Shown here: in pieces, positions 12,340 through 23,590 of the stretch
How the letters are laid out: each line of letters starts with the position of its first letter
Numbering within the stretch: the stretch's first letter is position 1
Assembly (NCBI RefSeq): GCF_006345805.1
Contig: NC_043000.1
Coordinates: forward strand, 101,246,001 to 101,310,000
Direction: 5' to 3'
Length of the DNA: 64,000 nt
Source of the DNA: Octopus sinensis
Taxonomy: Eukaryota
Notes under the pieces: model-generated
Seen by the model: the letters and a program-made list of their open reading frames with translations, nothing else
Database searches by the model: none
Told to the model about the DNA's origin: nothing
Translations under genes and position numbers: made by a program

Positions 12340-12715
12340 CATCATCCTCATCATTATCATCGTTTAATGTCAGTTTTCCATGCTAGTATGGGTTGGATGG
12401 TTTGACCAGGATCTGGGAAGCCAAGAGGCTGCACCAGGCTCCAGTCTGATTTGGCAGTGTTTCTACAGCTGGATGCCCTTCCTAATGCCAACCACTCCGA
12501 GAGTGTAGTGGGTGCTTTTTATGTGCCACCGGCACAGGGGCCAGGTGAGGCTGGCAATGGCCATAATTGGTTATTGCTTTTTACATGCCACTGGCATAGA
12601 AGCCAGTCAAGGTGGCGCTGGCATCGGCCACATTCGGATGTTGCTTTTTACATACCATCAGCACGGGTATCACAACTACAATTTCCATTTGATTTTTATT
12701 TTGATGTTGATGTAC
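12340..12715 (-). mobile_element. SINE/LINE 3'-tail family C ending in (GAT)n
   Basis: catcatc..gtttaatgtc..ttccatgctagtatgggttgga..ttctacagctggatgcccttcctaa. Copies also near 13000, 20050, 22550, 30968, 35150, 35650, 44250, 47000, 50450, 51570, 55750, 62700 and 62920. Confidence 0.8.
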
Positions 12716-13893
12716 TTGACTCAACAGGTTTCCTCAAGCACAGCAAGTCTCTCTTTATCCACCTTGTACTTAAGGGTGCATCCTTTCACCTCAATTCCAC
12801 CATCCTTTCTCCCTTTCCTGCTCAAGTAGCCATGTATCTCCTCTACAGCAAGACATCTGTTCCTTCCAACACTTATTATGCTTTAGCCTCACAACACCTA
12901 GCACAAAGCTATGTCTCTCAATTCTGTATCCCACCCACGCCATCAAGGGGTCTTGTTTTGCAAGTTACTTTGGTGACCTCACAAGTGTTGGTGCCATGAA
13001 TAAAGTACCAGTGGCTGGTGTCAGGAAGGGCATCCAGTCTTAGAAATCATTCCAACACTGACATTGGAACCCAACACAGCCCTCTAGCTAGTCAAATCCT
13101 ATTAACTGTTCAACTTATACCAGTATGGAATATGAATGTAAAATAATAATGATGATGATGATGATGATGATATATCTTGTGAACATGCAATGTGGATAGA
13201 CAATGTTGAGAGTGCCAACTCTGACCAAAACCTATAAATATATTAGTCATTAAATATAAAATGCAAATGATTTTCCATTCATTATAAAAATGCCAATTTA
13301 GTACATGGAGTTGTGTGCATAATCCGGAAAATGGTTACTATTTTGATGTTGGACATGCACAATATCCGTTACCTTTGAAGTTCAATATATTTACTAAGTC
13401 TAACAATATTAATCACATATACCGTCAGTTCAGCTCCATCACTCAAAAATAATAATAACAACAATAACAACAACAGAAAGCTTTTCAGTGAAAGCAGGAA
13501 TTAAACTGCTTTTGTAAGTATTATTACTGAATGGAAATGTTAGCATGTGTGTTTTAATTGCATGTGCATTTACATGAAGTGTGTGTGTGTGTGGTGTGTG
13601 TGTGTGTGTGGTGTGTGTGTGTGTGTTTTGAGTTTGTATATATGCATGTGTCTGTGTATGTGTGTGTGCTTTTGTGTACTTTGCCTCAGTTATTTGAACT
13701 AATTTTAGGACAAAATATTTTATTTTAATATTAATGTTTTAAACAGTAATATTCATGATATATATATAATATACATATAATATATATATAATATATATAT
13801 ACATATATAAACACACACATATATAAACACACATATATATTATATATAATAATATATATATGATATGTATATTATATATATATGTTATATATA

Positions 13894-13972
<79 letters not shown>

Positions 13973-14349
13973 TAAATAAATGTATGTATGTGTGTGTATG
14001 TAAGAGAATGTAAATATTACTAGAAAACTATAGTGCGTGTGTGTGTATTTGCATAAATATATGTAAATGCCAATATGGAAATATAAATATGTGTATTTAT
14101 GTATGTTTATTTACATATGTTTTATTACAAACATACAGCCCATTCAGCATTTTCTATTCCTGTCCGTGTATTTGCCATTATCATCGTCATCGTCATCGTA
14201 ATCATCATCATCATGATGATGATGATGATCATCATCATCACCATTATCATCATCACCATCATCATCATCATCATGTCATTGTTGTCATCATGTGGCCGCC
14301 TCCAGCATCAATATTATTATTTTACATCTGTCTTTCTGTGGCTGCATGG

Positions 14350-14800
14350 GTTAAATGAGTCTTCTTCAGTACTGCAATTCACCACTTGTTGCAGTTCTTT
14401 GTCAACCCTCATGAAGTACAGCCTCTTGAGATCAGTTTTCACAAGTTCAAGCCCATTTCTTATTTAGTCTTTCCCTATCTGTATTACAGGTTTCTTCCAC
14501 TTGGATGTGACTGACCCTTCATTACTTAATTCTCATACTCTATATACACCACATATCTGTAGTAGCTCCTTCTCTCCTCCAGATTACATCTGACTCCTCT
14601 TAGATTTACGTTTTTCTCTCAACTTCTTTGCACTGTGTTATTCATATAGATATCTATTGGAGAACACATGGTTCCTCTTTTACTATCTTTGTACATCCTT
14701 CATATTCAAAGCTCATATTTTCAACATCACATTTTGTACGTAAACATCACACATTTTTACCTTTCGTTCAGAGAGGAAATTTGTTTTTTTGACAGTACCA
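14350..14800 (-). mobile_element. Degenerate RTE-clade LINE, C-terminal region
   Basis: Minus strand remnants such as LRGVRCNLEERR and ..IAVLKKT parallel the RTE copies at 16.4 kb and 50.1 kb; many stops. Confidence 0.55.
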
Positions 14801-14905
14801 GAAATAATTCCCTGAACTTCTTCCATCACTTTCTTGCTCTAGCCACTGATGCTATACTATCAGAAAACCATCTTCCAATGTTATCTCTCCCTCCCTCTCT
14901 CTCCC

Positions 14906-14961
<56 letters not shown>

Positions 14962-14995
14962 ATATATATATATATATATCCATATATATCTGTAG

Positions 14996-15058
<63 letters not shown>

Positions 15059-15066
<8 letters not shown>

Positions 15067-15579
15067 ATGTTACATTACTCGGTAGTCAAGATAAAACTCT
15101 GAGTTTCAGATGCCGAAGTGGAAATCCACAACACCATCTCTTCGGTTATCTGGCTATTTGAAAACGTTATGAAAAAATACCGTTAAAAATGAAGGGAAAT
15201 TACTCTGTTATAACTCTGCTTTGCCTGCGTACTTATACATCGCTCGCATTTTTCGTCATAAAAATTATATAAAAATACATAAAAATATATAAAAATATAT
15301 AAAATCTTCTTGTCCCAAGAAGATTTTATATATTTTTATATATTTTTATATATTTTTATGTATTTTTATATAATTTTTATGACGAAAAATGCGAGCGATG
15401 TATAAGTACGCAGGCAAAGCAGAGTTATAACAGAGTAATTTCCCTTCATTTTTAACGGTATTTTTTCATAACGTTTTCAAATAGCCAGATAACCGAAGAG
15501 ATGGTGTTGTGGATTTCCACTTCGGCATCTGAAACTCAGAGTTTTATCTTGACTACCGAGTAATGTAACATATTGTATA
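15059..15579. repeat. Near-perfect 521-bp palindrome (arms 15059-15312 and 15316-15579, loop tcc)
   Basis: The arms are exact reverse complements except one extra 10-bp unit (atatattttt) in the right arm. The left arm starts from a (TA)n tract; the right side continues ~70 bp to a second (TA)n tract. Confidence 0.95.
15487..15549 (+). ncRNA. Type I hammerhead-ribozyme-like motif, variant core (mirror copy on - strand in the left arm)
   Basis: Stem I agataa/ttatct; core CCGAAGA; stem II GATG..CATC plus an extra T; GAAA; stem III ACT-cag-AGT; H17=T at 15543. Confidence 0.6.
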
Positions 15580-15645
15580 GATAAATTTCCTCTATTTACA
15601 TAATATTGAGGTCTCTTTCTTTCTTTTGTTATCTTACCGTTTTAT

Positions 15646-15695
<50 letters not shown>

Positions 15696-15696
15696 G

Positions 15697-16830
15697 CAAA
15701 GTAATATGGTGGTGGAACTCGATCCAAAGTAATATGGTGGTGGAACAATGTAGTTGATAGGGCCATTAGGGAAAAGTAACAGGCATGGAAGGACTGGAAG
15801 AATGCCTGAAGGGAAGCTAGGAGACAGATTGCCTGAAGGGAAGCTAGGAGACAGGTTTACTTACCCAGAGGGAAGCAGATAAGAAAAATTTGCCAATGTT
15901 CAGCGTCGTGAGGACCAAAGATTTGAAGTGTTTCATGTTGAAAGACTGTGAGAGAGAATCGTGATGTTATAGGAGAGAAATGTATCTGCATGGATGATGA
16001 CTCACTTGCATTTAAAGAGGCTGCAAAGAGAGAGACTTGGAGATGCCACTGTGAAAGGTTGCTAATTGAATAGAATGAATGGGAGAAAGAGAGTCTGCTG
16101 AATGTCGACCCAACAGAGGGACCAACCATCCAAATTGACAGTACCTTGGTAGATAAAGAAATCAAGGGTATAAAGACAAGGAAGGCTCCTGGCCCATCAT
16201 TATTCACCACAGAGATGCTTAAAATATTTGGTAGTGTTGGCTATAGTCTAGTCATCCATATAGTCAATCAAGTGATACATGAAGGGGTCATACCCAGTGA
16301 GTGGTGTAGCAGCACCATAGCCAACTGCTACAAAGATAAAGGTAATGCACTCCCTAACTGTGGAAGAGGTAGACCCAGGAAGACATGGGATGAAGTAGTG
16401 CAGCATGACCTTCAAACATTGGACCTCACAGATGCAATGACAAGAGACTGAGACCTTTGCAGATATGCTGTGATTGAGAAGACCCAGCAAGTAAAGTGAG
16501 ATCACCGCCATAGCCTATACTAGTGTCGCATAACCAGCCCATTTAAAAGTATACTTGAATCATCGTGCAATATGCTGTGCTTGAGATGACCTATTGAGTC
16601 AAGTAAAATCACAAGTCAAAAATCAAGATCAAAAGCAAATCAAGATTAAAATCAAAATGGAAATTGTAGTTGTGGTCGGTGCCAGTACCACCTGACTGGC
16701 ACCTGTACTAGTGGCATGTAATAAGCACCATCCGAATGTGGTCGATGCTAGTCCCCTCCCCCATGACTTGCTCCTGTACTGGTGACATGTAAAAAGCACC
16801 ATCTGAATGTGGTCAATGCCTGTGGTGTGT
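15697..16830 (+). mobile_element. Internally deleted RTE-clade LINE with 3' UTR
   Basis: WWNNVVDRAIREK...KTRKAPGPS...IPSEWCSSTIANCYKDKGNAL joins directly to PNCGRGRPRKTWDEVVQHDL, so the RT core is deleted at ~16350; followed by a family-C-type UTR. Confidence 0.85.
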
Positions 16831-16858
16831 GTGTGTGTATGTATATATATGTATATAC

Positions 16859-16908
<50 letters not shown>

Positions 16909-17731
16909 GTGTATGGATACATATATACATATTCACATATACATACACATCTTTCACCACTACTACTTGATAACTAGCTTATTTGTTTATTTACATTCCA
17001 GTAACTTAGTAGTTTGCCAAAAGCGAATGACAGAGTAAGTAAAAGACTTAAGATAAGCCCTGGGGCTGATTCATCTGATTAACCCTTCAAGCCAGTGCTC
17101 CATCATGGCCACAGTCGAAAGAGGGAGAAACAAGTAAAATTGTATATGAATGAATATTTTTAGTAGTCAGAATAGTGTTTCATAAGAGGTTACACTTGAT
17201 CAGATACACATTCTTATCTCAATATTTTATCATTCAATTTGAAGCTCAAAGGAAGTAAAAAAAATAGCTCCAAAAGTTTAAAAAAAAAATTTTTTTTAAT
17301 AGGGAACTGAAAGGGACAGAAGTGGGGAGGTTAATATAATAAATGTTCAGATTGTTAAGGGCAAAACTTAAGCAAATAAGGATCTTCTCAATGCACATTT
17401 TTATGGCAATATATAGTAATGATGTAGATTGATGGACAACCTGAAGTTCTTCTTTGCTAGACTGAAATAATTCTTGAAGCTTCATAAATTCCTAATCTTG
17501 ATGAAAGATTTTCAATCAGTTCACTGTCACTAGTTCTCTAATAAATAGAAAATGGGGGGAAAGAGTGTGGAGAATGATAGGGTAACAGAAATGAAAATCT
17601 TAATGATTCTTAATGAATAACAAGAACTGTTCTGAGATATTGATTGCTTCTTGTAGATTTCTTCTGATAAAATAATCTTGTTATCGTCAAGCAACTTAAT
17701 TAGATTTACAGCTGTGCTCACACATACACAT

Positions 17732-17778
<47 letters not shown>

Positions 17779-18166
17779 CACACATACATGTGCACATTCA
17801 AACATGTTCACATACACACATACACAAAGGTACACTCGTATCCAACAAATATACCTTACCGAAAGACAGCTTACATAAACACATCAGTACATATGGGGGA
17901 AAAAAACACACGCATTCAAACACACACTCACACACTCATAGGTACATACACATGTGCTCAGACACATTCATAAACCAATGCTAATGCATACTCATAATAA
18001 AAGACATCCCCCCCACCAAAAAAAAACATACATATCTATTGAATATATGAACAGAATTATAGAGACACATAGAAGAATTATAAGGTGTATACACATAGGT
18101 ATACATTCAAGCAAATGTGCAAACATGTAAACAAATTAACATATGTAGACACACACACACACACAC

Positions 18167-18202
<36 letters not shown>

Positions 18203-18239
18203 ATATACACATACACACTCACACACACATGTATAAATA

Positions 18240-18328
<89 letters not shown>

Positions 18329-19193
18329 ATGTACATGTGTGTGTGTTTGAAGGGAGAGAGACAGACAGGCAGAGATCCAAATATGTAAATAAATATATGT
18401 GGGTGTACTTGAGTATATATATATATATATCTGCTTACATCTGTGTGTGTAGATTTATATAACTAGATATATATATATATATATATACATATTACTACAG
18501 ACATACACATACACAAACAAATATACAAATATATATGCATACACATACAAATATACAAATTACTCACATACATGCATACAAATATATATATATATATACA
18601 TCCACAAACATATATGCACATGACCACATTAACACACATGCACATGTACACACATATACTTACACACACACATTCAAAGCAAAAACAAACGACTAAATAA
18701 ACAAAACCATACACAGACACGGACATATTCATCACAGACAAACGAACCTACCAATACACTTAACTGGTACAAGAAGTAAATTGGCCTTTATTTGAAGATA
18801 CTCTTTATCTTATAACAAACAAGTGAACAGACAAGTAACAACAACAACGACAACAACAGCAACAATAACAGCAACAATTGTCACAATGTTAGCAACAACA
18901 AAATTTCTGACTACAGCTCACTAAGTTAATCAAAAGTAATCACATACACAGCGCTATGTCCTTCGGCAAGATACACTAAGCAATGTTGTTGTCACAATTG
19001 TAGGAATTCAAAAGAATGTCAGAAGAAAATATACACAGGAGTAGATTTAGTGGAATAGGATGGCATTCAGTGGTTGCTGATGACATGGGTGGCTTTGGGT
19101 TGTATGGATGTACCTAGGGGGCAATGGGCTTATTTCCTTTTTAGCAACTATTCAGCTTTCATGTGTTATTGCTTTGTTGGGTATATTTTAGAG

Positions 19194-19470
19194 CAGTGAT
19201 TTCCAAAGTGGGCAGTACTGCTCTGCTGTGGGTAGTAGAAAGATCCAGGGGGTATGGGGCATTGAAGAAAAGTGGGGCAATAATGGAGTGGCTAAAAGGA
19301 GTTTGATGGATGAAAAAGCAAGCAAAATAATGGGTTAATTAGGTTAAGTTTTATTTGTGAAATACAATTGTTTTGAATTTGCTGCAGAGGGTGGTCTATG
19401 AGGGAGGTGCACTAGGAATGAGCCCTGGGTGCCAAGGGGGCAGCAGTTCAAAAATGTTTGGGAACCACTG
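19194..19470. mobile_element. hAT (Charlie-like) MITE
   Basis: TIR cagtgatttccaaa / tttgggaaccactg; tttagag is duplicated on both flanks. Confidence 0.7.
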
Positions 19471-19752
19471 TTTAGAGGAAGATTTGTGTGTGTGTGTGGC
19501 TGTATGGCTAGACGTTTGCTTCCCAGCCATAATGTTCTGGGTTCAATCTCCCACTGTGTGGTGCCCTGGGCAAGTTCGACAAATGTCTCCTACTATAGCC
19601 TTTGGCCGACAAATGTCTTGTGAGTGGATTTGGGAGATGGAAACAGAAAGAAGCTCATCATATACACGCATACACTCACATGTGTGTGCATGGACAGGCA
19701 CACATACATACACACACACACACACACATATTACGGTTGGGTTGGCTGGTTT

Positions 19753-19817
19753 ATGGGGTTACCCTGGGTTTCTTGCTCATAAGGGGTTTAGCCTTATGAT
19801 ATATCTTCAGATCCCAA
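19753..19817 (-). ncRNA. Decayed type I hammerhead motif
   Basis: Minus strand: ttgggat-CTGAAGA-tata-TCATAAGG-ctaaacc-CCTTATGA-gcaa-GAAAC-CCAGG-GTA-acccca. Core intact, 8-bp stem II, stem I partly paired, base of stem II mismatched. Confidence 0.6.
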
Positions 19818-20256
19818 ACACTGCTGGCCTGAGACCACTTTAAAATGTAGAGGGAGAAAGGCCTCATTTTTAAGGGTAAAACCCTATCTGATTATCTTTC
19901 TTTGCCATTGTCCATCAATCTTCAGCTGTGCTGTGATTTTGTGGTCACCAAAGCACCACGAAGGTAAACAATTATCTCCCTTCGGCCTTGGCTATTGGTT
20001 TCCAGCTGGTACTGGTGTCACATAAAAAGCACTGGTGAGGGTGCCACATTAAAAATACCTAGTACACTTTGTAAAGTGGTTGGCATTATGAAGGGCATCC
20101 AGCAGTAGAAACCAAACCAAAACAGACTGTAGGACCTAGTGCAGCTCCTGGCCTTGCCAGCTCCTGTCAAGCTATCCAACCCATGTCAACATGGAAAGTA
20201 GACATTAAATGATGATGTGATGAGGATGATGAAGATATATATAACTAGATAAATGA

Positions 20257-20570
20257 TAGAAAATGGAATGAATGACATTCTTTATTAAAAAAATCTCTAC
20301 AATTGTTTCAACATGTTTTTATACTTGTAGTACACTGGTGAAATGTTGTGTAATCATTATCATCAATCCAAAGTGTAAAGTGCACCTCTTCAAGTGACAG
20401 TAGAATCTAACTAAGGACTTATTGAGATAATCACCTGAGGAGGTGCATTTGACACTTTGAACAGATGATAATTATTACATGACATCTCACCAATGTTCTA
20501 TAAGTATAAAAACATGTTGAAACAATTGTAGTGATTTTTAAATAAAGAATGTCATTTATTCCATTTTATA
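20257..20570. mobile_element. Penelope-like inverted-repeat mini-element with hammerhead in the right arm
   Basis: ~135-bp imperfect arms and a ~35-bp spacer. Right arm: aatcac-CTGAGGA(20435)...GAAAC-AATT-GTA(20530)-gtgatt, with a 6-bp stem I and palindromic stem III; the long stem II is decayed. Confidence 0.7.
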
Positions 20571-20985
20571 TAAAAACTCTACGGATACTATGGAATTCCT
20601 GATGTATATCCAGTAACGAGAACATCTCCAATATATGATGACATCAGGTAACCAATACCTGTGGACAAACATGGCATAGTATTCTACAAAGTTTTAACCT
20701 GTGTATGCTTCAATGCTTATCCACCAGCACTGCTTGACAACTAATGTTAGTTTGTTTACATACCCATAACTTAACAGTTCAGCAAAAAGTGACTGATAGA
20801 ATAGATATCAGACTTAAAAATAAAAATAAGCTGAGTGGACTGAAGCAATGTGAAATAAAGTGGTTTGCCCAGGAATCGATCTCACAACCTTATGATTATG
20901 AGCAGAATACCTCTAACTGCTAAACTATGCACCACACACACACACACACACATGTATATATGAAATAATTGTTTGATTCAGCCCG

Positions 20986-21088
20986 TACTTAAATGTTCAT
21001 GGGTGTATAGGACACAGCCATCTCATCACATATTCTTCCAATATCTGATGAGACAGATGTATCCTATACACACATGAAACTTTAAGTG
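20986..21088. ncRNA. Hairpin made of a decayed hammerhead and its antisense copy
   Basis: Right arm atat-CTGATGA(21045)-...-GAAAC-TTTAA-GTG-atat (H17=G, non-cleavable). Left arm 20986-21034 is the reverse complement and keeps GTA. Loop cttcc. Confidence 0.65.
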
Positions 21089-21151
21089 ATATATGGAGCT
21101 AAGCAAACTATTATGAAACATATGAAGTTTCTACCTATGCCTTTTCTACAG

Positions 21152-21235
21152 ATTGAGCAGGGTGGCCATCTACCTAAAGAAATTTGTGATCTGTCCGCCT
21201 TCCTACTGGAAACAGCTGTAAGACCTTCTTGGTGG
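21152..21235 (+). CDS. Candidate internal coding exon, unknown protein (IEQGGHLPKEICDLSAFLLETAVRPSWW)
   Basis: Acceptor gccttttctacag and donor G|gtaaga; 84 nt, only one frame open, GC higher than the flanks. Confidence 0.4.
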
Positions 21236-22730
21236 GTAAGACAGATATAAAAGCAAAAATAGTCAATTATACAAAGTAAGTCAAGATATTGTGAGTTGAA
21301 ATCCTGCGAAAGTCATCTTTGCCTCTCTTCCTTCTAGAATCAATAGAATTAAAGTACCAGGGCAGTGTACTTTATTTCATCGTTAGATTATTAGAGAAAA
21401 TGCTTCATGTTATTTGTTCCAGCTCTTTCCATTCTGAGTATTAGGTAGGTGTGAAGAACTTCTGTCTTGGTGTTTTGTAAAAAAATACCCAAAACGAAAT
21501 TTAATGAGAAATCACTTTGGCATCCAGCCGTGAAAATTCCATGACCCAGAGGTAGGTCATTCATCAAACCTGAGAGCAGAGTCAAAAAAGAAATTGGGAA
21601 CTTCATCTCTTTTACAATTGTCTGTAACTTCAGCCCATGTTCTCTTTCTTGTCTCGTGGTTTTATTGAAAACAGAAAAGTGTTTCTTCATGATTGAACAT
21701 GACTTTTTGTGTTACTTGCATTTTCTTTCAATTGGTTAATCTCCAATACCTTCTAGTGCACCTACTTATCTCTCTCTCTCTCTTTCTTTCCTCTCTGTCC
21801 CCACTCTCTCTCTCACTCTCTCTCTCTGATATTCTCACTTTTTAAAAAAAATTTTCTTTTCCATTTCACTCCCTTTTCCATTTTCACACACACACACACA
21901 CAACACACAAACACACACACACACACAAACATGCACACACAAAACACGCACACACACATTCTTGCTCTAATCCTCTTTTTCCTTTCTTCCTTTGTTTATT
22001 TTTCTACTTTGTTTCCTGTTTCTTTTCCTCTTTCTTTCAAACATGCACCGTATTTGAACTTCTTCTATTGCATCTAATGCAATAGCTTAGTGAATAACTG
22101 CATTGAGATCTTCTAGAAATGTTTTACTTATTCCACTTAAGCTCCAGATAAAATCATAAATTATTGTCTTTAACACGTTTCCTAAGAATATTATGAAATA
22201 GTTCTCTGTGCACACCAAATACTCGTTGGTTACCGACACTGTGTTTCAAACAGTTTACCAATGTTGGTTTAAAACATAGCATTCTTTGTAATAGTATGTA
22301 AGTGTAATAAATTAATTTGACCCCTTCTTCTCTCTCTCTCCCTTCCTCTCTCTTTCTTTCTCTATCTATCTATCTCTGTCTCTCTTTCGTTCTCTCTCTC
22401 TCTGGCTGGGTAACTGTGTACCTCTTCTATAGCAAGGCACCTGTTTCTGTCGCTTTGTCACTCTCTAACCTTTCACCATCTTCTCCTCCAATGGCTCCTA
22501 CCCTCTCAAAGATTCCTTGTCTTTCAAGTTATTTGGTGACCCTGCTGGTGCCACATAAAAGGCATCCAGTCCATACTGAAATGGTTGGCATTTGGAAGGG
22601 CATCCAGCCATGTCAAAACAGACACAGAAGCCTGGTGTAGTCTTCTGCCTTGCCGGCTCTTGTCAAACCATCCAACCCATGCCAGCATGGAAGGTGGACA
22701 TAAAACGATGATGATGTATGTATGCATGTA

Positions 22731-22777
<47 letters not shown>

Positions 22778-22808
22778 ATATATATATAGCGGCATACATA
22801 CACTTTGT

Positions 22809-22840
<32 letters not shown>

Positions 22841-22845
22841 ATGTG

Positions 22846-23290
22846 AAATAGAAAGTGAATAATCTGTAGTAGATTAATCAAAAGTTTAACCGATACCTAG
22901 TAGCAAAAATCACAGCAGTGAACAGCACGGTTGGAGGTACAACCATCTGGCGTTGCAACCGTGCGTTGGTGCGATAATTGAAATTAAAACATTATTGGTG
23001 AATTGAAGAAATGGAGCTGAACGCAGATTGAACAGAAATCGTTTTATTTTCGTCAGTTTCGCCATGGGCTCTTAGGAGCACAGTTCGATTTGTTTTTTGC
23101 TCGCCTCTGTTCTGTTTTTGTTTTTCCAACGGATTTCCTTTTTTCTTCCTGATGAGAAAGACACAATATGGTCCCATTATTCAATCGATTTTGGTAATTT
23201 GTGCCTTTCGAAACACGTGTAGAATGAAATAAAACGATTTCTGTTCAATCTGCGTTCAGCTCCATTTCTTCAATTCACCAATAATGTATA
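22846..23290 (+). mobile_element. (TA)n-flanked Penelope-like mini-element with perfect 61-bp inverted repeat
   Basis: IR 22989-23049 / 23227-23287 brackets a hammerhead; additional hairpin gcacggttg..caaccgtgc near 22925-22965; CpGs retained. Confidence 0.75.
23141..23229 (+). ncRNA. Type I hammerhead ribozyme, intact core
   Basis: ttttcttc-CTGATGA(23149-55)-GAAAGACACAA-loop-TTGTGCCTTTC-GAAA-C-ACGT-GTA(23221)-gaatgaaa. Stem II 10/11 pairs, palindromic ACACGTGT stem III, stem I 7/8 pairs including one GU. Confidence 0.8.
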
Positions 23291-23317
23291 TATATATATA
23301 TATATATAGATAGATAG

Positions 23318-23348
<31 letters not shown>

Positions 23349-23349
<1 letters not shown>

Positions 23350-23590
23350 CCTCAGAATTTTGCAGGAAGTTCTTGGAACTTTCCAAGAAGTCTCTTATCC
23401 TCAGAACTTTCCAGGAATTCCTCGGAATTTTCCAGGAACTCCCACCCTCGGAACTATCCAGGAAGTCATCGGAATTTTCCAGGAAGTATCGTCTGCAGAA
23501 CTCTCCAGGAATTACTCAGAATTTTCCAGGAAGTCTCATCCTTGGAACTTTCCAGGAAGTCCTCATAATTTTCCAGGAAGTCTCTCTTCC
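23349..23590. repeat. Phased tandem array of 10 GGAA(C/T)TTTCCAGGAA-type units (~47-bp higher-order period)
   Basis: Perfect TTCCAGGAA at 23409, 23430, 23477, 23524, 23550 and 23571; variants at 23360, 23381, 23456 and 23503. Confidence 0.9.

Noticed and set aside
17440-17545. Minus-strand exon candidates RTSDSELIENLSSRLG.. / EFMKLQELFQSSKEELQ
   Set aside because: The best acceptor leads to an early stop; the other frame has only weak splice signals.
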